DNA of 46,304 nucleotides. Source: Octopus bimaculoides (taxonomy: Eukaryota). Numbering within the stretch: position 1 is the first letter of the stretch; each line of letters starts with the position of its first letter. Location: assembly GCF_001194135.2 (NCBI RefSeq), contig NC_068991.1, positions 14,804,187 through 14,850,490 of the forward strand, given 5' to 3'. Positions 21,664 to 34,261 of this stretch are shown piece by piece. The notes below the pieces were generated by a model that did no database searches, was not told the DNA's origin, and saw only the letters and a program-made list of their open reading frames with translations. The position numbers were made by a program, and so were the translations under genes.

Positions 21664-22779
21664 TGCATATATATGTATAAATACACAACACATACCCAAA
21701 CTCAAAGAAGAAAAAACATTCAGAAAACATCGTGCAAAAGAAAAAAAAATCATATAGCTTTCAACATTAATCAACAATGCCCTAGTTTAGAATGGATGAA
21801 TACGTTATTAAAAATCTCATAAAACACAGCATATTTTACATCTAACCACAAATAAACAGTAAGAAAATAGTACAAACATACCAGAATATTAAAAAAAAAA
21901 ATGGAAGAATTACGTATTAACATGCAACCTCAAGCCTGCGTGCCACGAAAAAACTCACAAACTAACTCAATAAATACATATCAGCAGAAACATGGTACAG
22001 AGCAAATTTTTTTTAGTGTTACTATTAAATCGGATATACGTGGTTTTTGGGGGTTTTTTGTTTTGTTTTGTTTTGTTTTTCCTACTGGCGAACAATGTAT
22101 TTACAACAAGAAACCATTGGAAATATTTTACAATAGAAAACACGAAAGAAATAATTAGATGAAAAATAACCTTAGTTGATAACATTGCTATCGTAAGTTT
22201 GAGATGGTTGGTTTTATTTATAGCAAAATACAAACCTAATATTCATATGTAGATAGGACAATTTTTCTCGCCAGTGGACAAAGTATTTACATCAAGGAGA
22301 CATTAAAACATATTGCAATAAAGTACACGAAAGAGAGAAAAAAAAAGAAAAAGAAAACGATATATGTGTCTCTGTGTGTGTATGTGTGTAAGAAAAACGT
22401 TTGTTGATAACACTATCATAGTATATTGACTTAGAAAAGAAATTCTACAATTACAAATTGAAAGCTTTAATAACAACAACATATAAATGTACGAAAGTTT
22501 TAATAGCGACAACATATAATTCTAACATATATATATGCAACATTTATTATTTAACAGTTTCTGATTGCCGAAAGCTGGTTGGTAATGACAGCATCATTCC
22601 CGTGATTTTCCGTTCCTCACTATAATAAATGCAACAATTGTAATGCCATTGTCCCTGTTTCCTCCAGCGAATGAGACAAGGAAATTATAGTAATTTTAAT
22701 GAACTTCAGGAACGTTATTGCTCCAAATTAATTGTAAATGACAATAATGAAATATAATAAACCCTCAGTAATAAAGATC

Positions 22780-22885
22780 GGTTTCAAATTTTGAAACAAG
22801 GACAGCAAATATGGGTGGAGTGTAAGTGGATTACATCGACTCCAGTGTTCAGGTGATACTTACTTCATCGACCCCGAAAGGATGG
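22780..22885 (-). mobile_element. SINE family C fragment
   Basis: gtttcaaattttgaaacaagg...gattacatcgactccagtg...gatacttacttcatcgaccccgaaaggatg. Confidence 0.75.
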
Positions 22886-23354
22886 AAACACTCAGCTGGA
22901 ATCTGGAAGCTGGGTATGTAGTTTCGAGTCCGATGACTGTCCGTTGACATTTTCCACCTTGTAAGGGTTAATTTACCCATTATTTCTGCTGTTCTAACTG
23001 CAATATTACGTTCGAAAAAAATATCATCTTTATGTTTTTTTGTGGTACAATACACATTTCGACGCTTCTAATAAAAACAAATGTAAGTTTGTTTATATAC
23101 TTATAAAGAAGAAGAAGAAGAAGAAGAAGAAGAAGAAGAAGAAGAAGAAGAAGAAGAAGAAGAAGAAGAAGAAGAAGAAGAAGAANNNNNNNNNNNNNNN
23201 NNNNNNNNNNNNNNNNNNNNNNNNNNNNNNNNNNNNNNNNNNNNNNNNNNNNNNNNNNNNNNNNNNNNNNNNNNNNNNNNNNNNNNNNNNNNNNNNNNNN
23301 NNNNAGGAGGAGGAGGAGGAGGAGGAGGAGGAAGAAAAAGAAGAAGACTCTAGT

Positions 23355-23480
23355 GTATGCCTTGGTAGAAAGACAGAGTTGACTTCGGCAGGATTTGAAC
23401 TTAAAATGCAGAGAAACATAACAAATCCAATAAGACAGTCAATCTGACATTCTAAAAGCTCGGCTAATTCACTGCCTTAA
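23355..23480 (-). mobile_element. SINE family C fragment, degenerate
   Basis: agttgacttcggcaggatttgaactt...ctaaaagctcggctaattcactgcctt. Confidence 0.55.
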
Positions 23481-23680
23481 TTTCTTGTTAATTAGAACAA
23501 TTGACAAATATCGATGACGTCTTTGCTCATAATCCTTCCGAGATCAATAAGACAAGTATTGATTAAGTGCTGGTGTCGATTTAATCAACTTTGCACAATA
23601 TCAAAATATGTGTTACCTTTTGTCAAAGCTGAAAATCATTGTGGAGACGCTGGTGAAGGTGGTGACTTGGTAGAACCGTT

Positions 23681-23846
23681 GTAGGCGAAGGAGGGGCTGT
23701 ATGGTAAGAAGCTTGCTTTCTAACCACATCGTTCCGGGTTCAGCCCCACTGTGTAGTACCTTGGGCAAGTGTCTTCTACTATAGCCTCGGGCCGACCAAA
23801 GCCTTATGAGTGGATTTGGTACACAGAAAATGAAAGAAGCCCGTCG
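23681..23846 (+). mobile_element. tRNA-derived SINE family A
   Basis: gggctgtatggtaagaagcttgct...ccgggttcagccccactg...ttgggcaagtgtcttctactatagcctcgggccgaccaaagcctt...gaaagaagcccgtcg followed by (TG)n. Confidence 0.92.
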
Positions 23847-23881
23847 TGTGTGTATATATATATATGTGTGTGTGTATGTGT

Positions 23882-23917
<36 letters not shown>

Positions 23918-23919
<2 letters not shown>

Positions 23920-24008
23920 TTTTAAATTCTCAAACGCAGGATAATGCGTTTGACAATTTAAAATCATTTCTTTAACTTTCTAAGACATCTCAACGCTTCT
24001 AAAGCAAA
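23918..24008 (+). repeat. Partial inverted copy of the 12017-12243 element, starting with a 20-bp-stem hairpin
   Basis: gattttaaattctcaaacgc aggataat gcgtttgacaatttaaaatc, then tttctttaactttctaagacatctcaacgcttctaaagcaaa (reverse complement of 12170-12215), then a gap. Confidence 0.8.
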
Positions 24009-24799
24009 NNNNNNNNNNNNNNNNNNNNNNNNNNNNNNNNNNNNNNNNNNNNNNNNNNNNNNNNNNNNNNNNNNNNNNNNNNNNNNNNNNNNNNNNNNNN
24101 NNNNNNNNNNNNNNNNNNNNNNNNNNNNNNNNNNNNNNNNNNNNNNNNNNNNNNNNNNNNNNNNNNNNNNNNNNNNNNNNNNNNNNNNNNNNNNNNNNNN
24201 NNNNNNNNNNNNNNNNNNNNNNNNNNNNNNNNNNNNNNNNNNNNNNNNNNNNNNNNNNNNNNNNNNNNNNNNNNNNNNNNNNNNNNNNNNNNNNNNNNNN
24301 NNNNNNNNNNNNNNNNNNNNNNNNNNNNNNNNNNNNNNNNNNNNNNNNNNNNNNNNNNNNNNNNNNNNNNNNNNNNNNNNNNNNNNNNNNNNNNNNNNNN
24401 NNNNNNNNNNNNNNNNNNNNNNNNNNNNNNNNNNNNNNNNNNNNNNNNNNNNNNNNNNNNNNNNNNNNNNNNNNNNNNNNNNNNNNNNNNNNNNNNNNNN
24501 NNNNNNNNNNNNNNNNNNNNNNNNNNNNNNNNNNNNNNNNNNNNNNNNNNNNNNNNNNNNNNNNNNNNNNNNNNNNNNNNNNNNNNNNNNNNNNNNNNNN
24601 NNNNNNNNNNNNNNNNNNNNNNNNNNNNNNNNNNNNNNNNNNNNNNNNNNNNNNNNNNNNNNNNNNNNNNNNNNNNNNNNNNNNNNNNNNNNNNNNNNNN
24701 NNNNNNNNNNNNNNNNNNNNNNNNNNNNNNNNNNNNNNNNNNNNNNNNNNNNNNNNNNNNNNNNNNNNNNNNNNNNNNNNNNNNNNNNNNNNNNNNNNN

Positions 24800-25172
24800 A
24801 ATTACCCAGTGGTTAGGGCAGCGGACTCGCGGTCATAGGATCGCGGTTTCGATTCCCAGACCAGGCGTTGTGAGTGTTTATTGAGCGAAAACACCTAAAG
24901 CTCTACGAGGCTCCGGCAGGGGATAGTGACGAACCCTGCTGTACTCTTTCACCACAACTTTCTCTCACTCTTTCTTCCTGTTTCTGTTGTGCCTGTAATT
25001 CAAAGGGTCAGCCTTGTCACACTTGTGTCACGCTGAATATCCCCGAGAACTACGTTAAAGGTACACGTGTCTGTGGAGTACTCAGCCACTTGCACGTTAA
25101 TTTCACGAGCAGGCTGTTCCGTTGATCGGATCAACTGGAACCCTCGACGTCGTAAGAGACGGTGTGCCAACA
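24800..25172 (+). mobile_element. tRNA-headed SINE family D (~370 bp)
   Basis: cccagtggttagggcagcggactc...ggtttcgattcccagacc (A/B-box-like head) followed by a long body and a tail ...ggaaccctcgacgtcgtaagagacggtgtgccaaca. Confidence 0.75.
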
Positions 25173-25506
25173 TTCCGTATTCTAACACAGCATCCATTTT
25201 CAAACGGGGATAAATATTTCCCTTTGGTATTAATACGACTTCTGTCATAAATAATTTTGTGTGTGTATGTGTGTGCTCACGCGTGTTACGTATGGGTGTT
25301 TGTGAGAGAGAGAAGTGTTGCTAGTTGAAATCCATTATATTCCATTATACTATATCTGGGAGACAGTGCCGCATACATACTCTTTAATTCTAATATACCT
25401 ATATTATTACACTATCTATTGCTGTTTGCATGTTTCTTACTGTATTTGCTTTCGTCTTTCTGCCATAGTATTATCAAAGCTTTAATCAGTAATGTTGTTC
25501 ATGTTA

Positions 25507-25542
<36 letters not shown>

Positions 25543-25549
25543 CTGCAAC

Positions 25550-25580
<31 letters not shown>

Positions 25581-27007
25581 GGTGGTGCCGTCAGTTGTTC
25601 TTCGGCTCTGAAAACCACCGTCTCATTGTTTGCGCTCTGACATAATAATTACTTAAATAGACTCTAGAAAATACAATTACTGATAATTACATTATTGAAA
25701 GTGTAAGAGGAATATACATACATACATGCATACATACATACATACATACATACATACATGCAAATATACATAGTTACATACATCCATACACACACACGCA
25801 CATACATATATATATGCATGCATATATANNNNNNNNNNNNNNNNNNNNNNNNNNNNNNNNNNNNNNNNNNNNNNNNNNNNNNNNNNNNNNNNNNNNNNNN
25901 NNNNNNNNNNNNNNNNNNNNNNNNNNNNNNNNNNNNNNNNNNNNNNNNNNNNNNNNNNNNNNNNNNNNNNNNNNNNNNNNNNNNNNNNNNNNNNNNNNNN
26001 NNNNNNNNNNNNNNNNNNNNNNNNNNNNNNNNNNNNNNNNNNNNNNNNNNNNNNNNNNNNNNNNNNNNNNNNNNNNNNNNNNNNNNNNNNNNNNNNNNNN
26101 NNNNNNNNNNNNNNNNNNNNNNNNNNNNNNNNNNNNNNNNNNNNNNNNNNNNNNNNNNNNNNNNNNNNNNNNNNNNNNNNNNNNNNNNNNNNNNNNNNNN
26201 NNNNNNNNNNNNNNNNNNNNNNNNNNNNNNNNNNNNNNNNNNNNNNNNNNNNNNNNNNNNNNNNNNNNNNNNNNNNNNNNNNNNNNNNNNNNNNNNNNNN
26301 NNNNNNNNNNNNNNNNNNNNNNNNNNNNNNNNNNNNNNNNNNNNNNNNNNNNNNNNNNNNNNNNNNNNNNNNNNNNNNNNNNNNNNNNNNNNNNNNNNNN
26401 NNNNNNNNNNNNNNNAAATGGTGAGTTAGGTTATTTGTCGTGTTCTCTATATCAGAAATAATAATTACGATAGGATTAAAAACAGAGATTCAGAAAAACG
26501 TATAACACTTTGGTTGACTTTATTCTTAGACTGAACTACCAAGGGAAGTAACTCAGCACACTCAGCTGTTATTAACTGTTATTTACCAATTTGTGTTCCG
26601 TAGTAAACACCTCACTGTCCATTGTTATGTGTTTTCTTTTATCAGTTTCACTCAGTGGACAGCAGCCATGTTGGTACGTTGCTTTGAAGGGTTTATTGGA
26701 ACAAATCGTTCCCAGTACATATTTTTTTAAATCTGATACATTTTCTATCGGTCTGTTTCCTCAACCTCATAAAAGCTTTGCGCGTGTGTATGTGCATGTG
26801 TGTATGTGCGTGTGCATGTGTGTGTCTTAGGAAAAGCAAGGAGTGAACACACATGCACAAGCACACACACACACACACACACGCACGAACACACACATAC
26901 ACACGAATTCATTTTCGCTATTCCTAAATCATTAATACATAAGATGCAGACATACACAAACATATAGACATATGTATTTGTAGATGCACGGCTCACCTAT
27001 GTCTGTA

Positions 27008-27041
<34 letters not shown>

Positions 27042-27042
<1 letters not shown>

Positions 27043-27767
27043 GAGGAGGAGTCAAAAATTATACGGACTCTTGTTTTTTTCAATGTATTTACACAAAAGC
27101 AGCGGGGTAAACAACTACGTCATTTTTCAATACAGTCTCCTTCCTTGTCGATGCACTTGATCCAGCAGTGCACAAGCTTGCATATTCCCTCCAAGAAGAC
27201 GGTTTTCGGTTGGTCGTGCAACCATTTACGCACCACTTCTTTCACATCTATATTCGTAGGAAATCGATGTCCTCGTAAACCATCTTTGAGCGGTCCAAAG
27301 GTATGATAGTTGGAAGAGGTGAGATCTAGGCTGGAGGCAGTTTGTTGGCCAGCACCTCAAAACCCAATTGGTTAATGGTTTCAGCGATCTGGGCGGCCGT
27401 GTGTGGGCGTACCTTGTCACGCAACAGCAAAACTTTCTTTGGCAATAGGCTTCAGCGTTTAGTGCGAATTACTGACTTCAGTTTGTTGGCCAGCAAAGCA
27501 CTGTATCCTGCACTGTCGATCGTACGCCCCTTTTAAAGAGAAATCGGATCACTGCTCTTCGGATTACTGTTCTTCTTTGGTGCACGTTGTTAGTGGAGCG
27601 GTCTTGCGTACACAATAAAACCAGAAAGAAAAATGGCGCGATCAGTCTCAAACTTCAATCAGGTGACCACAATAGTATCAACTATAAGCATGCATGCGCA
27701 GAAGGCGGTGTAACTATGATAAAGATATGTTGTGACGAAAGTGCGGATAATTTTCGACTTCTCCTCG
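27042..27767 (-). mobile_element. Internally deleted mariner (irritans-like) with both TIRs
   Basis: Left cgaggaggagtcaaaaattatacggac and right (reverse complement) cgaggagaagtcgaaaattatccgcac. Minus frames: APLTTCTKEEQ...AVIRF joined to GRTIDSAGY...KVLLLRDKVRPHTAAQIAETINQLGFEVL...YHTFGPLKDGLRGHRF...KWLHDQPKTVFLEGICKLV..WIKCIDKEGDCIEK*. Confidence 0.92.
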
Positions 27768-27781
27768 TGTGTGTGTGTGTG

Positions 27782-28145
<364 letters not shown>

Positions 28146-28769
28146 AGTAACAGACTTTAAAAACTAGTGACGGGTTGTTTTGAGCGACTAAACCTCTACA
28201 TAGCATAACAGAATCATCCAATAGTAAATTGAATTAAAATCAGAAATTAATAAATGATCGTATATTTGTAGCTGGATAACATATTTTAACCTTTAATATT
28301 CAGTCGTGAAGGCTTTCGATTTAAACTGTCGTTTGTCGAATGTTATTCTTTCTTATTTTTCTCATTAACAACTTTGTAAACCTGTAGCTCGGACAGAGTC
28401 ACTGATCATAGATGCTGTCCATATATTTCCATGCACCCATCCCGCCTGGTCTGTTCAGAGTGGGTTTTAACTTGTTTTAAGTTTTAGCTTCAGTTTATTC
28501 ATCTTATTCATCTTAATCGATTCCGTGTGCAACGAAACCTAATTTCAATGCTGTATTCTCATATGCGTATGAGTGAAACATAGCAACGCGTGTTTTAGCA
28601 GCACACACAGATACAATAAAAGTGCGAATCAGCGAAGTAGACTTTATTAAACAAGTAAAATCTTCTCTACAACTCTGAACTACCTGAGAGAGCTCCTTAC
28701 GTGGAAAAAAAAATCAGTAAGCGCATGTGTTTGCGTGTTTGCGTTTGTATTTATGAATAGGTGTGTGAG

Positions 28770-28803
<34 letters not shown>

Positions 28804-29442
28804 AGTTGTTTAGGCGGGCTATTTAAGCTAGTCGTGTACATACGTGCATATATATGTATGTATACGTCCGTATATGTAAGTATACTGTTTATATACATGT
28901 ATTTGTAGTTATGTACTTGAGTATATTTCACTGATGAAGGCAGAGCATTTATGCAAAGCCAGAAATCCAGGATTTGANNNNNNNNNNNNNNNNNNNNNNN
29001 NNNNNNNNNNNNNNNNNNNNNNNNNNNNNNNNNNNNNNNNNNNNNNNNNNNNNNNNNNNNNNNNNNNNNNNNNNNNNNNNNNNNNNNNNNNNNNNNNNNN
29101 NNNNNNNNNNNNNNNNNNNNNNNNNNNNNNNNNNNNNNNNNNNNNNNNNNNNNNNNNNNNNNNNNNNNNNNNNNNNNNNNNNNNNNNNNNNNNNNNNNNN
29201 NNNNNNNNNNNNNNNNNNNNNNNNNNNNNNNNCTTATTTATATAAAATATATATATATATATATATATAGATATATATATAGATATGCAGGGCAGGGAAT
29301 CTGTGTGTATCAAAAATATCGCTCTCAATCTGGAGTAATAATTTGTAGTTTTGAAATCAGTAGTTCTTTGACTGCTATTTCTGAATTCTCAGTATGTTGG
29401 AGAAGCAGGTTACTGTCAATCCCTATATATTTATGATTATAG

Positions 29443-29480
<38 letters not shown>

Positions 29481-29648
29481 GTATGTATCCATATATATAT
29501 ATGTATACATACATATATATATATACATACATACATATGTATATATACACATATATTTATGGATATGTATACATGCATATATATGTATGTGTCTGTGTGC
29601 GTGTGTATGCATGTGTTTGCATGTGTCTATGTGTCTATATGTGTGTGC

Positions 29649-29684
<36 letters not shown>

Positions 29685-29752
29685 ACGTTTCATATATGTG
29701 TGTGTATGTGTGTGTATGTGTGTGTCTGTATCTGTGTATGTATGTGTGCTTC

Positions 29753-29796
<44 letters not shown>

Positions 29797-30099
29797 GTAT
29801 GCAGATATGTATGTCTGTATGTATGTGTGTGAGTGCGTGTTTGTGAAGAGAGAGAGAGTGTGTGTGTGGGTATATATGTCTGAGTATATATAACTGCGTG
29901 TGCATACTTTTCCTTACGGTGGTCCCTCAATTTCCGATGACGTCATAGGTGCGCTGTCCTGATATACGACATATTTTAAGTAATTTGTACACCATGTGGC
30001 CCATACCTCTCCAGTTGTCTAAGTACAGCCGATTTTTTACCGACAGGAGTGACAGAGAGAGACAAACAGACAGAAAGGGAAACAGAGTGGAGTAGAATC

Positions 30100-30445
30100 C
30101 ACCCAAATACAGAATAGTACTTTATTCATCGACTCCTAAAGAAGGACAGTCAAAGTTGACCTCTCCGATATTTGAACTCAGAGAGCAGAGAACCGGTACT
30201 CATACTACAAAGAATTCTATCCAAAGCTCACAGATTCGGCCATTTTACGTGTGCGTACATGTGTGTTTATAACGGGTATTTCTATATTTTAGCACATGTT
30301 TCTGTGGGTATGAGTGTTTGGTTGTATACATATATGCATATATATATATATATGTTTGTACATATTCTATCAGTCTCTTTTGCCAAACCGCTATAACCGC
30401 TAAGTTACGGTCACCAACACCGGTTGCCAAATGGTGATGGGAGAT
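30100..30445 (-). mobile_element. Degenerate SINE C (30100-30250) and SINE B (30360-30445) fragments
   Basis: tactttattcatcgactcctaaag...caaagttgacctc...atttgaactcaga; and ctatcagtctcttttgccaaaccgc...caccaacaccggttgccaa. Confidence 0.6.
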
Positions 30446-30537
30446 AAACACAGGCCTAAAGATGCACGCACACGAACACATGCGCACACACATCCATATA
30501 CATATATACATGTATATATATATATATGCATATATTA

Positions 30538-30573
<36 letters not shown>

Positions 30574-30580
30574 TGTATAT

Positions 30581-30743
30581 ACGATGGGCTTCTTTCAGTT
30601 TCAGCCTACCACATCCACTGAGAAGGTTTTGACTTGCCTGAGGCTATAGTAGAAGATAATTGCCGAAGGTGTCACACAGCGGGACTGAAACCGGAACCAT
30701 GTAGCTGGGAAGCCAGCTTCTTACCACGCAGTAACGCCTGCGC
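30581..30743 (-). mobile_element. tRNA-derived SINE family A
   Basis: acgatgggcttctttcagtt...gaggctatagtagaaga...gggactgaaaccggaaccatg...cttcttaccacgcag. Confidence 0.88.
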
Positions 30744-30934
30744 ATTATATGTATGTGCGCGTGCGTACGTGTATATGTGTGTGCACGCGTCTGTGTGTGT
30801 GTGTGTGTGTGTGTGTGTCTACATCGAGTTATAATTCCGTTTACATCAACGATGCATTACAAGAATATATATCGACACCAGCATTTTACTGGTACTTTAA
30901 TTTATTGACTATTACTTATGAGAATGTGCCTGGC

Positions 30935-31330
30935 CTAGATGTTAGGCATGTTGCACTCTCGACCGTTAGATCGTAGTTTCGATTCCCAGACTGGCTGCAC
31001 GCTATGTTCTTGAGCAAGGCACTTCATTTCCCGTTCATTTACAGCTGAGTCCACACAGCAGTAAATGGGTCTCATTGTAACGGGTTCGTCTTCTGATCTG
31101 GGGAGCAATATTGGCCCGCATGCCTAGCCAGTGGAGCGGCATCATTCGAAAGCTAAAACGATGCAAAGTGTATCGTGGCCAGCGATGTATAACAGCAGCT
31201 GATAGTCTGGGCGATCACCTGAGCATTTTACCTTATCGAAACCCTAGCTGGCACCACATCTCATTGATTCCGAAAGGATGGGAAGTAAGACTAGCTTCGG
31301 CGTGATTTGAACTCAGAACGCAAAAGACCA
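30935..31330. mobile_element. Degenerate SINE family E (+, 30935-31215) adjacent to a SINE C fragment (-, 31240-31330)
   Basis: tRNA-like head ...gtttcgattcccagac...ttgagcaaggcacttcattt...gtaaatgggt; tail catcattcgaaagctaaaacgatgc...gccagcgatgta (an inverted piece occurs at ~14360-14400); then ccgaaaggatgg...gatttgaactcagaacg. Confidence 0.6.
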
Positions 31331-31414
31331 GAAATAAACACCGCTATTTATTCTATTAAACACAAGTAATCCACGTGCTTGTCTGTCTGCTGTCACTGTC
31401 TGCCTGTCTGTCAC

Positions 31415-31454
<40 letters not shown>

Positions 31455-31696
31455 ATCGCTATTTCTCTCTAGCTATCTCTGTCTTTTTCTCTCTACTTCC
31501 CAGCACCGACTCCGTTCATTTACATGTCGGAGGCAAAATGCTTCCGGGAACACGTGGTTTCGCGTTAATCGACTGCCAACACGTTTATTGGTGGAGAAGG
31601 TGGAGGGAAGAGAAATAGGAGGGGGAGGCAAAGAAAGAAGAAGAGTGAAGAAAGAAGAGGAAAAAGAGATAAGATGAAGAAAAGGAACAACAGCAA

Positions 31697-31699
31697 CAA

Positions 31700-31775
<76 letters not shown>

Positions 31776-31834
31776 TTGGTGGTGGTGGTGGTGGTGATGA
31801 TGATGATGATGATGATGATGACGATGATGACGAC

Positions 31835-31869
<35 letters not shown>

Positions 31870-32010
31870 CGATGACGATGATGATGATGATGATGATGGT
31901 GGTGGTGATGGTATTGATGGTGATGATGACGATTATGATGATGATGATGGTGATGATGACGACGACGACGACGATGATGATAATAATGAAAGAGAACAAC
32001 AAAAACAACA
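31697..32010. repeat. ~310-bp (GAT)n array with GGT/GAC interruptions
   Basis: Directly visible. Confidence 0.97.
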
Positions 32011-32109
32011 AAAAAATGAACTAACCTCTGAACAGAAGCAAGAACTACAACAACAAGAGGAACAATATTTGCGTTGTTTAAGAAAAACAAGAAACTTCGA
32101 AAAGTTGCA

Positions 32110-33280
32110 GCAGTATTATGGAGAATAAGAACAGAAAGAGAGAAAAGAGAAAAAAGGAACGAAGGAAGGAAGGAAGGAAGGAAGGAAGGAAGGAAGAAAG
32201 GAACGAAGGAACGAAGGAACGAAGGAACGAAGGAAGGAAAACAGAAAGAAAGAAATGAAGGAAGGAAGGAAGGAAGAAACGAAGGAAGAAACGAAGGAAG
32301 AAAGAAGGGAAAAAGGAAGCGAGGAAGGAAGGAAGGAAGGAAGGAAAGAAAGAAAAAGAAATGAAGGAAAGAAAGAAGAAAGAAAGATAGAAGGAAAGGA
32401 AGAAAGGAAAGAAGGAAGGTAGAAAGAAAGAAAAAAGATAGAATGAATTAGTGAATGAAAGAAGGAAATAAAGAATAAAAAAATGAGTGAATGAAAGCAT
32501 GAATGAATAAATGAGTGAATGGGTGAATGAAAGAAAGAAAGAAAGAATGAATGAACGAAAGAATGAATGAATAAATGAAAGAATGAGTGAATGAAAGAAA
32601 GAAAGAATGAAGGAAGGAATGAAGGAATGAAAGAATGAAAGAAAAACAGAAAGAAAGCAGGGAAAATTTTGAAAGACTATAATAATGCAAATAAATAAAT
32701 AATAAAAATAAATAAATAGATGAACAGAAAGCTAAAAAATGATAAAGGAAGACAAAGAAAGAAAACGGTTGAGAATGATAGAAAAATTGGGATAAAGATG
32801 CGGAAAGAATGAGAGAGAAAGAAAGTAAGGAATACGTAGAATGAAAATATATAGAAAGAAGCGGTGAAAGTTTGATTAAGAAGAATGAAAAGAGACAGCA
32901 AAAACAGAAGAAGAAAAAAGAAAGTTTAGGAGAGATGGGAATGGAAAGATTGAGAAGGAAGGAAGGAAGGAAGGAAGGAAGGAAGGAGTAAAGAAAAAAT
33001 AACGCATGAAAGAAGGAGACGGAAAAAGGAAAGAGAGCGAGTAAATGAGCTAGAGAAAGTGAGAGGAGAGAAAGTATGAAAAGCGAGAAAGAGAGGAACA
33101 GAAAGTGAAAGTAGAAAAGAGAAAGAGAGAGAGAGAGGGACAGAAAGTGACAATGGAACAGATAGAGAGACAGAGAGAGACAAAGACAGATTGACAGACG
33201 GACAGACGGACAGACGGACGGAGACGGTGAGATATAAATAGAGAACAGGAGAAAGAAAGCAATAGAGACAGAGAGAGACA
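32110..33280 (+). repeat. ~1.2-kb purine-skewed low-complexity tract (GAAG, GAAA, GAAT, GA, GACA units)
   Basis: Directly visible. Confidence 0.95.
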
Positions 33281-33473
33281 GAAAAGGTGTATTGTAGAGC
33301 TTATCGTTAGAAACTATTTTTAAGTTTTGCACGTTCGATATGTCGACGCTCTTAATTACTGATTGACGTCATAAGAACTGGGTTTGCAACACGTGGCAGT
33401 TAGGTATAGAACACGTGGTCAAGACAAGTTATGTCTTAGCTTCACTTTCGCAAATCATAACTCTAACGATGAC

Positions 33474-33511
<38 letters not shown>

Positions 33512-33726
33512 CGATAGTGACGGTGATTATAACAATGATGATATTAAACTATATTCAATAGTGTTATGCAGTGTAACAGCGAGGATATTACATAGTCACG
33601 GGTTTTGTAAGCTGAACTTCCGCTACGCTGTGCATGTGTGTGTGTGTATGGTTATATATTTGTTTTCGTAGCTTTTTGCTTCTTTTTACTTTTAGTTTAA
33701 CATGTGCGCGTGTTTCTGTGCGCGCA

Positions 33727-33783
<57 letters not shown>

Positions 33784-34097
33784 ATGTGTGTCAGAAGGTG
33801 TAAGTATATAAGTATGCATATGTGAATATGTGTATACACGTATAAGCATACGTATGCAAACATTGTATGCATGTATATATACACGCATATAAACATATAC
33901 ATATGTCTATATGCATCTGTATTTACGTATATACTCATGCCTATAGGTGGATATATATGCATACATATGTACGTGTGTGCATGCACGCGTGTACATATGC
34001 ATGCTTGTAGTTGTGTGTGCATATGTGCATTTGTGTATACGTATAGAAATGTGTATATATATAAATGCATGCATATATATATATGCATATATATATG

Positions 34098-34146
<49 letters not shown>

Positions 34147-34220
34147 NNNNNNNNNNNNNNNNNNNNNNNNNNNNNNNNNNNNNNNNNNNNNNNNNNNNNN
34201 NNNNNNNNNNNNNNNNNNNN

Positions 34221-34261
<41 letters not shown>

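Noticed and set aside
24800-24862. tRNA gene calls at SINE heads (also 23690, 30940, 45094)
   Set aside because: No complete cloverleaf or acceptor stem; each continues into a SINE body.
32074-33332. ORFs with K/E/R-rich or F/L/S-rich composition
   Set aside because: Translations of the purine-skewed simple-repeat tract; no domain or splice support.
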